From Leptolyngbyaceae cyanobacterium (GTDB lineage: Bacteria; Cyanobacteriota; Cyanobacteriia; Phormidesmidales; Phormidesmidaceae), in assembly GCA_965263355.1 (NCBI GenBank), contig CBDHHL010000033.1:1-64000 (forward strand): DNA of 64,000 bases, read 5' to 3'. Each line of letters opens with the position of its first letter. The first letter of the stretch is position 1. Below the pieces are notes generated by a model, which was not told where the DNA came from, made no database searches, and saw only the letters and a program-made list of their open reading frames with translations. Shown in pieces: positions 19,439-29,690 of this stretch. The position numbers were made by a program, and so were the translations under genes.

Positions 19439-21880
19439 ATGGCAATAGATCAAAACACAATCACCAATAATTCAATTGTCGTCACGAATCGCGATGGTGT
19501 GGCCCAGACAGTTTCGTTAAATGGCACCGTAGCCATTGCGGGCGGATTCCAAGCAACATTTACGGTAACGCCTGAATCAGGCGTAGAGGGGTTTTACCAT
19601 ATAGAGGCACCTGATTCAGCGGTTCAAAATGTCGGGGCAACGATTCAAAGCGACGAATCATTTTTAGGAGTGCAGGAGGTCCAGCTGGCGTATCCGATCA
19701 ATCTGTCTAACAATCCTCCTGTCTATCCAACAGCTTTATTTTCGGATAGAGTAAATACTGAATTTTCATTTGATTGGACCCCTGTAGCTGGCGACACTCC
19801 TGCGGTCTACAAGGGAGGGTTTACCTCGATGATTGGGCAGTACGCTGACGACCCCAATCGAGGTGCTACCGAAGAAGTGGTTACCTTAGACGTTGACAAT
19901 AATGAGATACGGATTCAGTGCAGAGACAACAGTGATGAGGCGTATGGCAACAAGAGTCAATCCGTCTATCCAGCTGTTTATAATCCAGGTAGTTTTAATT
20001 TTGTCGTAGGACAAACCTACGCCATTAGCATTAGATTTAGGGGGACATTAACACAGGTTTTTGTAGATGATGCACTTGCTTTTGAAGCAAACGATACTAG
20101 ATTAGCCCCTACTACTAATTTTGGCTGGAGAACTTCACCTCCTGCCAGTGTCTCAAATCCAGAAATAAATCAAATACAACCCTTAAATGATTTAGCTATA
20201 AATCAAGAGGCAATAAATTGGCAGCGTGTTCAACCAAATCCAATTTATTGTGGCGGCACAAAAGGACTTGATAACAGGTTCTATAATTTTGAAATTATCG
20301 ACACTGCCGGAACGCATCTAGATGGTACAACGCCTGCAAGATATGTTGTGTTATCTAGTGGGGATCATAAAGTAGCCCTAGATTCAGACGATATGCGCCT
20401 TCGCTGGGTCAATGACCCGTTAGACATTGAAGGCAGTGCTGTAACAAATTGGACAGTATTTTACAGTACTGCGTCTCTACAGGTAGAGACGCCTAGAGCT
20501 TTTTACTTATCTGCTGAAAATACTTGGCTAATTTATTGCCATGCGTTTCCACGCCCCGTCTCCCCTAGGCAGTCTACAACTCTCTTAGAAACCACCGACT
20601 TAGTTAATTTCACTTTCATAGGCGATTTATTGCCAGCAGACAGTAATTCTAACTCTGCAGAAAGAATCTATCATACCGGTTACTGGAATGGTTTTTTACT
20701 CAATGACGGAAGTGTAAGGGGAGTGTCTTTAGGCCCTGCAGCTGATGAAGATATTGTGGCCAATACGGATAGGATTGCATCAAATGCATATCGAGGTTTT
20801 TTGCTATCTGAATCTAATGGGGCAAATTTAAGAGTTCTCAATAGATTAGGGCATGCAAAAACATATACAAATACGCCGAGACGGTTTTTTACTGCTGCAA
20901 ATACTTTGTATTTTGAAAGAAACAATCAAATTTTTGCTATCTGCGCTCATCATCAACACCTAGACGCAAGTTTTTCGAATGCCTCCACAGCTGTAGTTTC
21001 TGCTAGGCCAAGCGTGCAAGGCGTGTCTTCGGATTTAACTGAGTACTCAAGACGAGAGGATGCATTGCTATCTGAAACTTTGCCTTGGGAACAGGGGATA
21101 GCGAGGCCGTTGGGTCTGCACCAGGTAGGCAATACGTTATACGCCTACATCGGGTACACGCTATCTTCTGGTAATCCTGGCTTGACTGGCAACGACGATC
21201 CTTATTGGGTGGGGCTATATCAAGCGGATTTGAGCCCTGCAAACTCAGCTGTATATGCAAGCCCTGCAGGGCTAGCTTTTGTAGACACTTTTGAACAAAA
21301 CCCTGGCTTGGTCACCGGATCTAGGACCCCCGATCAAAACAATAACTTAGGGGGATCTTGGTCAGCTCAAATTGGGTCTTTTTTGCCCGGAACAATAAAT
21401 ATTGTGGATGGTTATGCTAGGCGCGATGGTGTTGCAGCCACGGAAAACGCTGGGCTAATTTATGACTACTCAGCAAGCCCGAATTCGACGATTGAGATAA
21501 CTGCAGAGATTTATGATCTAAATGATGTGCTCAATACAACTACTGGCTTTAATTTTCTTTTTGACTGGCAAGGTCAAGACGATTTTAAGATGATCCAGTA
21601 TAACCAAGCTGGAGAATTGCAGTATCGGGAAAGAGTATCAGGCGTCAATACTACCATCGCGACTGAAACGGTTGAGACTGTTGATCCTGGGAACGGAGTA
21701 ATAGGAGACACAAGAGCGTATTATCGAGCATTAATCACCCCAACAAATGCATCGTTTTATCGGAACGAAATACGGGTTTTGCAAGTGACTGAAGATTTTT
21801 CAAGCATCACGAAAGCTTGCGGGTTCTTCCTTCGTATGCAAGCACACAAAATAAACTGGTATCAATTGAGAGTTTTATAA
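19439..21880 (+). CDS. Carbohydrate-binding/hydrolase-like virion appendage (Ig, lectin-like and beta-propeller-like domains)
   Basis: VETP..WLIYCH..TTDLVNFT propeller-like motifs; concanavalin-like segments at both ends. Confidence 0.55.
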   Translation: MAIDQNTITNNSIVVTNRDGVAQTVSLNGTVAIAGGFQATFTVTPESGVEGFYHIEAPDSAVQNVGATIQSDESFLGVQEVQLAYPINLSNNPPVYPTALFSDRVNTEFSFDWTPVAGDTPAVYKGGFTSMIGQYADDPNRGATEEVVTLDVDNNEIRIQCRDNSDEAYGNKSQSVYPAVYNPGSFNFVVGQTYAISIRFRGTLTQVFVDDALAFEANDTRLAPTTNFGWRTSPPASVSNPEINQIQPLNDLAINQEAINWQRVQPNPIYCGGTKGLDNRFYNFEIIDTAGTHLDGTTPARYVVLSSGDHKVALDSDDMRLRWVNDPLDIEGSAVTNWTVFYSTASLQVETPRAFYLSAENTWLIYCHAFPRPVSPRQSTTLLETTDLVNFTFIGDLLPADSNSNSAERIYHTGYWNGFLLNDGSVRGVSLGPAADEDIVANTDRIASNAYRGFLLSESNGANLRVLNRLGHAKTYTNTPRRFFTAANTLYFERNNQIFAICAHHQHLDASFSNASTAVVSARPSVQGVSSDLTEYSRREDALLSETLPWEQGIARPLGLHQVGNTLYAYIGYTLSSGNPGLTGNDDPYWVGLYQADLSPANSAVYASPAGLAFVDTFEQNPGLVTGSRTPDQNNNLGGSWSAQIGSFLPGTINIVDGYARRDGVAATENAGLIYDYSASPNSTIEITAEIYDLNDVLNTTTGFNFLFDWQGQDDFKMIQYNQAGELQYRERVSGVNTTIATETVETVDPGNGVIGDTRAYYRALITPTNASFYRNEIRVLQVTEDFSSITKACGFFLRMQAHKINWYQLRVL

Positions 21881-22204
21881 CCATGCCTATGGCTTCTACT
21901 GCTTTCCGGATTGAGGAGGTTTCTGCTTTTCACAGCGTTGAATTTTTAGCGTCTGCTAATGGAGAGACGACTATCGAGTTGTATGTTGGACGTGTAGATA
22001 AATGACGAATGGTGGGAGCGAGAGGAGCACAGATATCATTAATTGCGCACCAAAGCTATTAGCTGCTGACGGAAGCCCGCTGTTATTCGCCTTAGACAAT
22101 GGCCCTGGAATTGCTGCCATAGCAGGAGAATCGATCAGCTTTTTTGTGGGAGTTGAGCCTGCGGCATCAGCGCTTGATGCTGAACCCGATCTATTAGCGG
22201 AGGA

Positions 22205-24292
22205 TTGTTGTTGATGGTCTGCACTGATACCGATAAATTGTTTAACGGATCTATCGTCAGTTGGCGATATGGCAGCAAAAAAGTTTTCCTGGTCCGCAAA
22301 ACAGAAGATTCATTACTAAATGCTGGGTTCGAATTAACCCTCACAGCTGGCACTCAAGTCGTAAAATTAACTGAAGGCGACGGATTGACCAAGGTTGTCG
22401 ACAACGCAAACAAACAAGAATGGTCTGCACTAATCAGCCCCACTCATAAGGCCACGCTACTCAATAACTCCACGACCGACGTGCTGGTCAGTTGGGAAGC
22501 CGCCAGTATCATTGGGGGGGTAAAAATCGCAGGCGATGATGACACCGATTTTACTGGCACCTTCACGATTACAGCTCCCACAGCAGCAGTAGAAGCGACG
22601 TTGAATATTGACTCTACTGCAGTGTTTGTTAGCGCCGCTATTGGCAACGATAGTTTTGCTGCTGGAACAGTAGGGAATTACTATGCCCCTTATGCCACTA
22701 TTTCAGCGGCGATCGCAGCATCGTCCGACGGGGACACCATTATTGTCCGCAATACGGCTGATGGCACCAACAGCACCTTTAGGGAAGAGTGCGATCTTGG
22801 CGGGAAACGGCTAACAATTCGGGCTGAATCAACTGACAGGCCACTGCCGCGAGTCACAACAGCTGACGTACTGACTAACGCCAACTTCAGCGATGCCAGC
22901 AGTAATGCATGGACGATCAGCATCAGCCACGAGATCACTGCAATTGAATCGTTCCCAATTGTTATCGAGGACGACGAACTACTGACGTACGTGGCTGATG
23001 TGGCGACATGTCAAACGACTGCGGGGAGCTATACATACACCGGTCATGACAATGTAAATGCCAACTCAGCAGCAACAATTCCACTGTATATCCACGCTTC
23101 AGACAGCTCTGATATCCGCACCAACGGGAAAGTCTATGAGTGCGGGGTTAGGCAGTATGCGTTTCACAATGCTGGCGACGGGTCCATTATTGACGGCTTT
23201 CAGATTGATACTGCTACTGGAGATAATGGCGCTCTGTATTTCACGGCTAGGGGGACAATCGTAAGAAATTGTCTTTTCAAGTTTGGGAACAGCCATTTTG
23301 CGCAAATCGGATCGGGCATATTCGAGAATTGCGCTTTTTACAAAGATCACATCGCTAACGACTCTCGTATCCCGTCCAGCACTCCCGCTGTCATATTCAA
23401 AAGCAGCAATGATGAGCCCGCGTTGAATGCCTATTTAGGCTGCGTTGTAGATTCGCCCAATACACTCAGTACGGGCGCTACCTTCTTTTGCCATGCCAGT
23501 AATGGGACTGAAGATCTCAAAAAACTATTGGTCAAAGATTGCTATGCACTGAACGGGACAAGAGGAGTTCAAGCTGACGACTGCGAAGAGCTGGACATCC
23601 AAGATTGCTATTTTGATGGTTACGTCCAGGTTGTGCTTTCTGGGCACGAGTCGATAGAGGTTGATGGGCTCATGGCCATCAATGGCGGCACTGACGGATA
23701 CATCGTCAGGAATAACCTAAACTCAGCTACTGCAAACACGACAGTCCGCAACGCCGTTGTAGGATCGCTGACTAGTGTGGATACAGCTTTGTTTTGGGGC
23801 AGGAACGGAACCACTACAGTTAGAAACCTTACTACGACACAGCTAGACAACGAACCTGTAGTGAAATATCACACCGGCTCTTTTGCATTTAGCACGCCCG
23901 ACATCAGGGACAGTATTCTGCAAGGCGACGGGAATATCTACGAAGCGGTCAACACAGGCGATTTCATAACCGCCGACAACAATATTTTGTGGGACAGTAC
24001 AGACAGTACGCCGAGCGTCTTGATCGACAACACCCAATACAACGGGCTAACCAACTGGAACAGCCTGGGTAAAACCCTGCTCGATGAGAATAGCTATCAG
24101 GAGGACCCACAATTCTCAGGCAATATTCTTCAGGGAGATCTAAGCCGATCTGGGGGGACTGGGGTGGGTAGCATCGGAAGCAATCGATCCATCACCCCTC
24201 CCAACTGGACTGCGATGCGAGCACAATGGGATAAGCGGATATTGGCACTTCCACGCGGCCCGGTTGGTGGGAGCAGAATTAGGTATTTTTGA
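22205..24292 (+). CDS. Right-handed beta-helix tailspike/depolymerase-like protein
   Basis: VFVSAAIGND..PYATISAAI..GDTIIVR start motif; repeated VRN/ENC rungs; terminal DPQF. Confidence 0.75.
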   Translation: MLLMVCTDTDKLFNGSIVSWRYGSKKVFLVRKTEDSLLNAGFELTLTAGTQVVKLTEGDGLTKVVDNANKQEWSALISPTHKATLLNNSTTDVLVSWEAASIIGGVKIAGDDDTDFTGTFTITAPTAAVEATLNIDSTAVFVSAAIGNDSFAAGTVGNYYAPYATISAAIAASSDGDTIIVRNTADGTNSTFREECDLGGKRLTIRAESTDRPLPRVTTADVLTNANFSDASSNAWTISISHEITAIESFPIVIEDDELLTYVADVATCQTTAGSYTYTGHDNVNANSAATIPLYIHASDSSDIRTNGKVYECGVRQYAFHNAGDGSIIDGFQIDTATGDNGALYFTARGTIVRNCLFKFGNSHFAQIGSGIFENCAFYKDHIANDSRIPSSTPAVIFKSSNDEPALNAYLGCVVDSPNTLSTGATFFCHASNGTEDLKKLLVKDCYALNGTRGVQADDCEELDIQDCYFDGYVQVVLSGHESIEVDGLMAINGGTDGYIVRNNLNSATANTTVRNAVVGSLTSVDTALFWGRNGTTTVRNLTTTQLDNEPVVKYHTGSFAFSTPDIRDSILQGDGNIYEAVNTGDFITADNNILWDSTDSTPSVLIDNTQYNGLTNWNSLGKTLLDENSYQEDPQFSGNILQGDLSRSGGTGVGSIGSNRSITPPNWTAMRAQWDKRILALPRGPVGGSRIRYF

Positions 24293-24296
24293 TGAT

Positions 24297-25097
24297 ATGG
24301 AATTAAATCAAGTTATTCAAGGCGATTGCTTAGAAGTGATGGATCAACTTATCGCTGATGCCATTATTGTTGATTCGATAATTTGCGATCCACCTTATGG
24401 CACGACCGCTTGCAAATGGGATAGTGTGATCCCGTTTGATGAAATGTGGATGAGATTAAAGAAACTAGTTAAGCCTAATGGGGCAATAGTTTTATTTGGA
24501 AGTGAGCCTTTTAGTAGTGCTCTTAGGATGAGTAATATTAAAGACTATAAATATGATTGGGTGTGGGATAAGACGAGGGGTAGCAACTTTGCTTCTCTTA
24601 AATTTCAACCTTTCAAATGCCATGAATTAATATCTATTTTTTCAAAGAAATCACATATATATAACCCTCAACTAACAAAGAGTCGTGCATATGTTCGCCC
24701 GCCTGGGGAGAAATCTATTGTTTACGGAATGAAGCATGATTCTATAAAAACAGAAAATGCTGGATTTAGGCATCCGTTATCTATCCAGGCTTTCAAAAAA
24801 GACCAGAACGCACTCCACCCTACCCAAAAGCCCGTTGCTCTCATGGAGTACTTAATCAAAACCTACACGCTACCAGGGGAAACCGTCCTAGACTTTACTA
24901 TGGGCAGTGGCAGCACCGGAGTTGCGGCCAAAAAACTAGGTCGTAAGTTTATTGGGATTGAACTAGATACTGATTATTTTGAGATCGCTAAAAACCGTAT
25001 TAATGAAGTATGGGCACCGGGGCAAACAGAGCCTAGCGACAAGAAACCTATTGCAGAAAAAGATCAGCTAGATATCTGGGATGCATTGGCAAGCTAA
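24297..25097 (+). CDS. DNA N4/N6 methyltransferase (beta class)
   Basis: GDCL, DPPY, HPTQKP, LDFTMGSGSTG, FIGIE. Confidence 0.95.
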   Translation: MELNQVIQGDCLEVMDQLIADAIIVDSIICDPPYGTTACKWDSVIPFDEMWMRLKKLVKPNGAIVLFGSEPFSSALRMSNIKDYKYDWVWDKTRGSNFASLKFQPFKCHELISIFSKKSHIYNPQLTKSRAYVRPPGEKSIVYGMKHDSIKTENAGFRHPLSIQAFKKDQNALHPTQKPVALMEYLIKTYTLPGETVLDFTMGSGSTGVAAKKLGRKFIGIELDTDYFEIAKNRINEVWAPGQTEPSDKKPIAEKDQLDIWDALAS

Positions 25098-25259
25098 GCC
25101 TCAATCATCAATCAGGGGATTAGTGTCTTGACCACATCGACAATATCTAAATAATCTATCAACCACGTCAAACCAATAACGACGAGGGCAGAAAGCGTAA
25201 CCAAGCTTAAAATTTAACTAGCAGCCAAAATGCGGAAGCAGGATTAGATATTTCTAATA

Positions 25260-26348
25260 ATGATGCATAGAATCCCAGAGCTACTTAAGCGGAACAGCCT
25301 GATAGGGGCTGCTATTGTTGGGCCAGACGGAAAGTTCTGGGATGTAAATGAGACTCTATGCGAATTATTGGGCTATCAACAAGAAACGTTGCTGCGCCTA
25401 ACGTTTCAGCAGATCAGCCATCCTGAAGATCTAACGCCTCAGGTCAACCCATTCCGCAGCGTAATCAATGGAGAACTTAAATCTTTCACGCTGAAAAAGC
25501 GCTACAAGCATGGGCAGACAGCAGGATGGATTTCTTGCACGTTGCACTGTGAAGGATTCCATTCTGAGTCTGGTGAATTTCTTTATTTCTTTTCCCAAGT
25601 CAGCAAACTGGGCGACAAAGAGCTGACAGAGGTTGAAACACAAAGGCTTTCAGAAATAAAATACGCAATCAACAACAACGGATTTGCCCTGCATTATCAG
25701 CCGATAGTTGACCTGAAAACCGATGAGACCGTTGGTTATGAGGCGTTGTCACGATGGGCAAAAGACAATGAATTAATCTTCCCAGGGGATTTCTTGCCTT
25801 TACTGAGAAAGGCAAACAGTGAACACTTACTGTGCTACTGGGTGATCGAGCGGACCCAGGCAGATTCAATCAAGATTGGCCAGTGGATCAGCTTTAATAT
25901 CTCACCATTCACTCTAGCTAGAGCAGATTGGCACGATCAAAAGCTGCCTGCTAGAGGGCATATGGAGATATTGGAGACTGAGGCTGTTTCTGAGGAGATT
26001 CAGAGCCGGATTCAGTCAGCTAGGGGGAAAGGCGTAAAGATCGCCCTGGACGACTTTGGGACCGGATACTGCAGCTACGATAGATTGCTGAAAGGCCAAG
26101 TTGACCTAGTAAAGCTCGACAGATCTATTATTAGTGGCCTGCCTGCTCGCGAATCCAGAGTAATGGTTGACGCAATTGTGGCGCTATCGCAAAAACTCAG
26201 CATCAAAGTTATCGCTGAAGGCGTGGAAACCCAGCAACAGGCCGACATGTTGAAAGCAATCGGCTGTGACATGGCGCAGGGCTATTTGTTCGGTCGGCCT
26301 GCGCCACTACCCGCGATCACTCGCTCTTCGTCGGGGGCCATTCACTAG
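25260..26348 (+). CDS. PAS-EAL c-di-GMP phosphodiesterase
   Basis: PAS (N..LCELLGY..HPED); HYQP, YEALSRW, FNISP, EILE, DDFGTGY, KLD, AEGVE, QGYLF. Confidence 0.93.
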   Translation: MMHRIPELLKRNSLIGAAIVGPDGKFWDVNETLCELLGYQQETLLRLTFQQISHPEDLTPQVNPFRSVINGELKSFTLKKRYKHGQTAGWISCTLHCEGFHSESGEFLYFFSQVSKLGDKELTEVETQRLSEIKYAINNNGFALHYQPIVDLKTDETVGYEALSRWAKDNELIFPGDFLPLLRKANSEHLLCYWVIERTQADSIKIGQWISFNISPFTLARADWHDQKLPARGHMEILETEAVSEEIQSRIQSARGKGVKIALDDFGTGYCSYDRLLKGQVDLVKLDRSIISGLPARESRVMVDAIVALSQKLSIKVIAEGVETQQQADMLKAIGCDMAQGYLFGRPAPLPAITRSSSGAIH

Positions 26349-26831
26349 GTTAGTGATATCCGCCCCGTCTTTGTGACTGTATGTTCTTTTGTCCAGCCGA
26401 TGCAGTCGGTCGATCATCCAATTGATCGCCCTGCTTGTTGGCTCTAGCACTCTCAATAACAACTGAGCAATTTCGACAAGACCATCAACCCTCTCCATGG
26501 TCCTGTGCAGCGTTCTAGCGTCTCCTTCAGTGGCCGCTACAGCCTCAGCCACTTTGCTGCCCCATTCCCTGTATTCGTCGTAGCCAGCCTTTATCTCTGC
26601 TATTGTCGAGTCGCTTTCCGAGACTTTCTTTATTAAAGTCTCCATTCTGGCTTCCAAGTCTCGGAGTCTAGCAGCATTCCGCTCGTCAGCTTGCCCAGAG
26701 AGTCGAAACGCTTCACCTATACTGCTTGTGACCGATTTGTCGATCATTGCCTGGAGATCAGCACGAGTAAGTTTCCGGCCAGTGCCTGTACCGCTTGTCG
26801 GTAACCCTGAACTGTCTGGGATAGTGGCCAT
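26307..26831 (-). CDS. Coiled-coil hypothetical protein
   Basis: Probable start MATIPD; heptad pattern; 3' end overlaps the EAL gene. Confidence 0.6.
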   Translation of the reverse strand: MATIPDSSGLPTSGTGTGRKLTRADLQAMIDKSVTSSIGEAFRLSGQADERNAARLRDLEARMETLIKKVSESDSTIAEIKAGYDEYREWGSKVAEAVAATEGDARTLHRTMERVDGLVEIAQLLLRVLEPTSRAINWMIDRLHRLDKRTYSHKDGADITNLVNGPRRRASDRG

Positions 26832-26892
26832 AGCACTGAGGAGAAAGATTCTTTTATAGGTTAGCCTATAAGAGAGTATTCTATTCCTGAAA

Positions 26893-27891
26893 ATGAACTC
26901 GCCAAAACTTGAAATAACGGAACCCGGATACCAGCCAGCTTTGATTTCCGTAAAGGATCGCTGGGGAGAATACAATATCCTGGGAATTGGCAGAAAAGAT
27001 AATGATTATATGCCAATGGTCGTTTTCCGCGACCCACCACAGGCATTGTCTCGATCCCAAGTCACTGTGACAGGAGTAGAAGGCGCTGACGGACTAGTGC
27101 TGTGGGTTCGAGACGGAGGACCGAAATTTCAGGGAGAAATTAATACTCCGATAAAATGGAGCGTTATCAACGGCCAGCCAGAGATCGGCGCTGATTCCGC
27201 GTGGAAAAAAAGCGCTTATGGGACCTGGATAAACCAGGAGGTACTATCCCCCTACGGCTGGACTGTATTTAGAGTTAGCGATCTCTTAACGTTTGGCAGA
27301 GAACTAAAATATCCAATGCTGGCTGGTTATTCAATTCGCCACACCATTGAAGAAACGGGCGGCACTGGACACAATGCCGGGACCGTTTCATATTCAGCCG
27401 CCGAAGTGTGGCGACAGGAATCAAGGCGGGCCAAAACCGAAGGTACTATGTTGCTAACAGTGCCTAGCAGCAAGAAAAGCTTGGCTGTGATCCAAGAGAT
27501 TGACTCCACTGCAGAATTAATCCTAGGAGCGTCGCCAGGGGAATTGCAAGACGCAGAAGGGTCGATTAGCCTGCAGGACCAATTTTTGTTTGAGCAAGAA
27601 ATAAAATTAAATGAAATGGTCTCTGAAGCCATGGTTTATGACCGCTCGTTTGTGGGGAATTTCACCACGATCTCAGGTCAAGAAATTTCGCTAAACCTAA
27701 GGCGGCGCATCATCAATAATGAGCCGCCGGTTTTATTCGCATGGCTCGCATTAAACGTCAATGCCACCGAGGCAAGCGCGCCGCAAAGTGACTGGAAAGC
27801 TGAAGCTGTTAAGTTCGCCAACCAACACCCATGGATCGCGGCATTGGTTGGAATCGCTATAGCAATTATCTTTTTCCTTCTATCTAAATGA
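26893..27891 (+). CDS. Membrane-anchored protein, possible PAS-like domain
   Basis: IQEIDSTAELILGASPGEL resembles a PAS core; C-terminal hydrophobic helix. Confidence 0.55.
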   Translation: MNSPKLEITEPGYQPALISVKDRWGEYNILGIGRKDNDYMPMVVFRDPPQALSRSQVTVTGVEGADGLVLWVRDGGPKFQGEINTPIKWSVINGQPEIGADSAWKKSAYGTWINQEVLSPYGWTVFRVSDLLTFGRELKYPMLAGYSIRHTIEETGGTGHNAGTVSYSAAEVWRQESRRAKTEGTMLLTVPSSKKSLAVIQEIDSTAELILGASPGELQDAEGSISLQDQFLFEQEIKLNEMVSEAMVYDRSFVGNFTTISGQEISLNLRRRIINNEPPVLFAWLALNVNATEASAPQSDWKAEAVKFANQHPWIAALVGIAIAIIFFLLSK

Positions 27892-27902
27892 TGGCAAAAA
27901 CC

Positions 27903-28949
27903 TCAATCACCATTGTTTTTTAACGCGTCAAACAGGTTACTGACTGCTAACGCAGATAGCTCTATCCTGTTCGTTTCCCGTCCGTCCGTCGTCTCTATTA
28001 GCCTTCCCTGAGAAGTCTCAAGGTCTAGATAAAGTGTGATTATCTGCTCAACTGATTGTGAGTCTACGGACTCACGATAACTATGTCGAGATATGATTTC
28101 TATCATTTTGGAAGAATGGGCTCATTGACACAACTGGCATCCCAAGCAGCTTGGGAATAAAATCTAGAGTCCATATCGTCTCTGTATTCTTCTAGTCGAG
28201 GAATCGTTGGTTCTCCTTTCCATGGCATATAAACTGGATCTCTTTCTATGGCATCCAGAAAGTCTAAAATCAGCCCTGGATCGAACCTAGCTTTTGTCGC
28301 TTCAACTATAAAACTTTGCTGTCTTAAAGCCTTTTCTATCCCTACGGCCATAACCCCATCCCCTAATTCAGAAGCTATTTCCCTTGCTTTACCAGACATA
28401 ACAACCGTGGTTCTTACCCCACCTGGCTTTTTATTTTTGCCAGCTATTAGGTTTTTTTCGTTTGCCAATTTAGAAAGACTCCCAATCAATTTCAGGCTCT
28501 GGTCTAATTAGGCCGAATAGCTGAATTACAGACTCAGCCGAATCTTTTGTCCTGTAGGCGGTCGGATCTCCGTCGTCTGAAATCCGCTCGACTGCATTGT
28601 CAAGACATAAGAATACATGCTCAACCGAACATGCCAAGGCGTAAGCGGCCTCGCCCTTCAGAACCCAGCCGGTATCATCCCATTTAACCGAGTCCTTAAC
28701 GCACTGTGCAGCGCAACGTGCGTCGGTTGGATCTTCAGGCAGCAGCCCACGTACTGCGAACGTGCCAACCTTGATATTGGTCAACATGGCCCTATCCATT
28801 CTTTTTTTCTGCAACTCGACTAAATTCATAACCTTTTCCTTAGCTACCTTTCTACTATATGCATAGCAGAGGGAAAGGTCAAGGGGGTCGATGAATCTCA
28901 TACCGGTCGTTGATATACTCGGTCTAAAAGGAATTACAGAATAATGCAA
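27903..28949 (-). CDS. Three hypothetical genes (27903-28106; 28103-28489, RHH-like; 28470-28949)
   Basis: Overlapping same-strand ORFs. Confidence 0.55.
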
Positions 28950-29162
28950 GCCTCAATCACCATCTCCATACGCTCAAAAACCCTGACTAAAGCTCAACAG
29001 CTAAACATTCCGATTGAAGTGCTGCTGAGCGAGGAGCTATCAAGGGTAGCCGACAGGCTCCTTCTGCCTTTGATTCAGGAATACGGAATGAACTGCGATA
29101 GAACCGATTACGTCCCAAGCTGGATAGAGCAATCGGCCCAGCCATAAGATGGAGACCGATTT

Positions 29163-29477
29163 TCAGTTACCAGCAGCTGCATTCACTAACTCACGAATGT
29201 CGCGTGTTTTATGCAAAAAATCTTTTCCTGCATCAGTCAGAGAGTAATATTTTCGTCGCGCCCCTTCCCCGCTTTCTGTAGCCTCGCCCCATTCAGATGT
29301 GACAAAACCTCTATTCTCTAAGCGTTTTAATATCGGATATAAAGACCCAACAGGGATTGTGCGTTGGCCATTTGTTGCTTTATCGATTGAATCAGATATT
29401 TCTAACCCATATAGCCGACGATGTTCGATAACAGTCATCAATAGTTCTTGCGTGTTCGTTAGGTCTAGCTGTTTCAT
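29163..29477 (-). CDS. PadR-family regulator
   Basis: LYGLEI..GSLYPILKRLE..RRKYYSLTDAG. Confidence 0.93.
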   Translation of the reverse strand: MKQLDLTNTQELLMTVIEHRRLYGLEISDSIDKATNGQRTIPVGSLYPILKRLENRGFVTSEWGEATESGEGARRKYYSLTDAGKDFLHKTRDIRELVNAAAGN

Positions 29478-29494
29478 AGAGTAGCCCTATAATT

Positions 29495-29518
29495 AATACC
29501 TTACGATTGTAAGGTATT
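29495..29518. promoter_or_regulatory. Palindromic operator, probably bound by the PadR protein
   Basis: AATACCTTAC-gatt-GTAAGGTATT perfect 10-bp inverted repeat just upstream of the padR start. Confidence 0.7.
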
Positions 29519-29690
29519 TTAGCTAAATCAACTTCGATCCCTTTCAATGGGCTGAAACAATCTACTCACGACGAGAAAGATCTAACCATTATGCCGTCTT
29601 AGTTGTGCATTATTTCCTAAGCCAGGGCTAAACCCTTGGCGTACAACAATGATGATATCATGCTTTGTGGTGTGTTAAGCAGGTTTAACG

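Noticed and set aside
29163..29477. Circadian regulator Pex
   Set aside because: Has generic PadR motifs (GSLYP), not the Pex-type SDTVLY segment as I recall it
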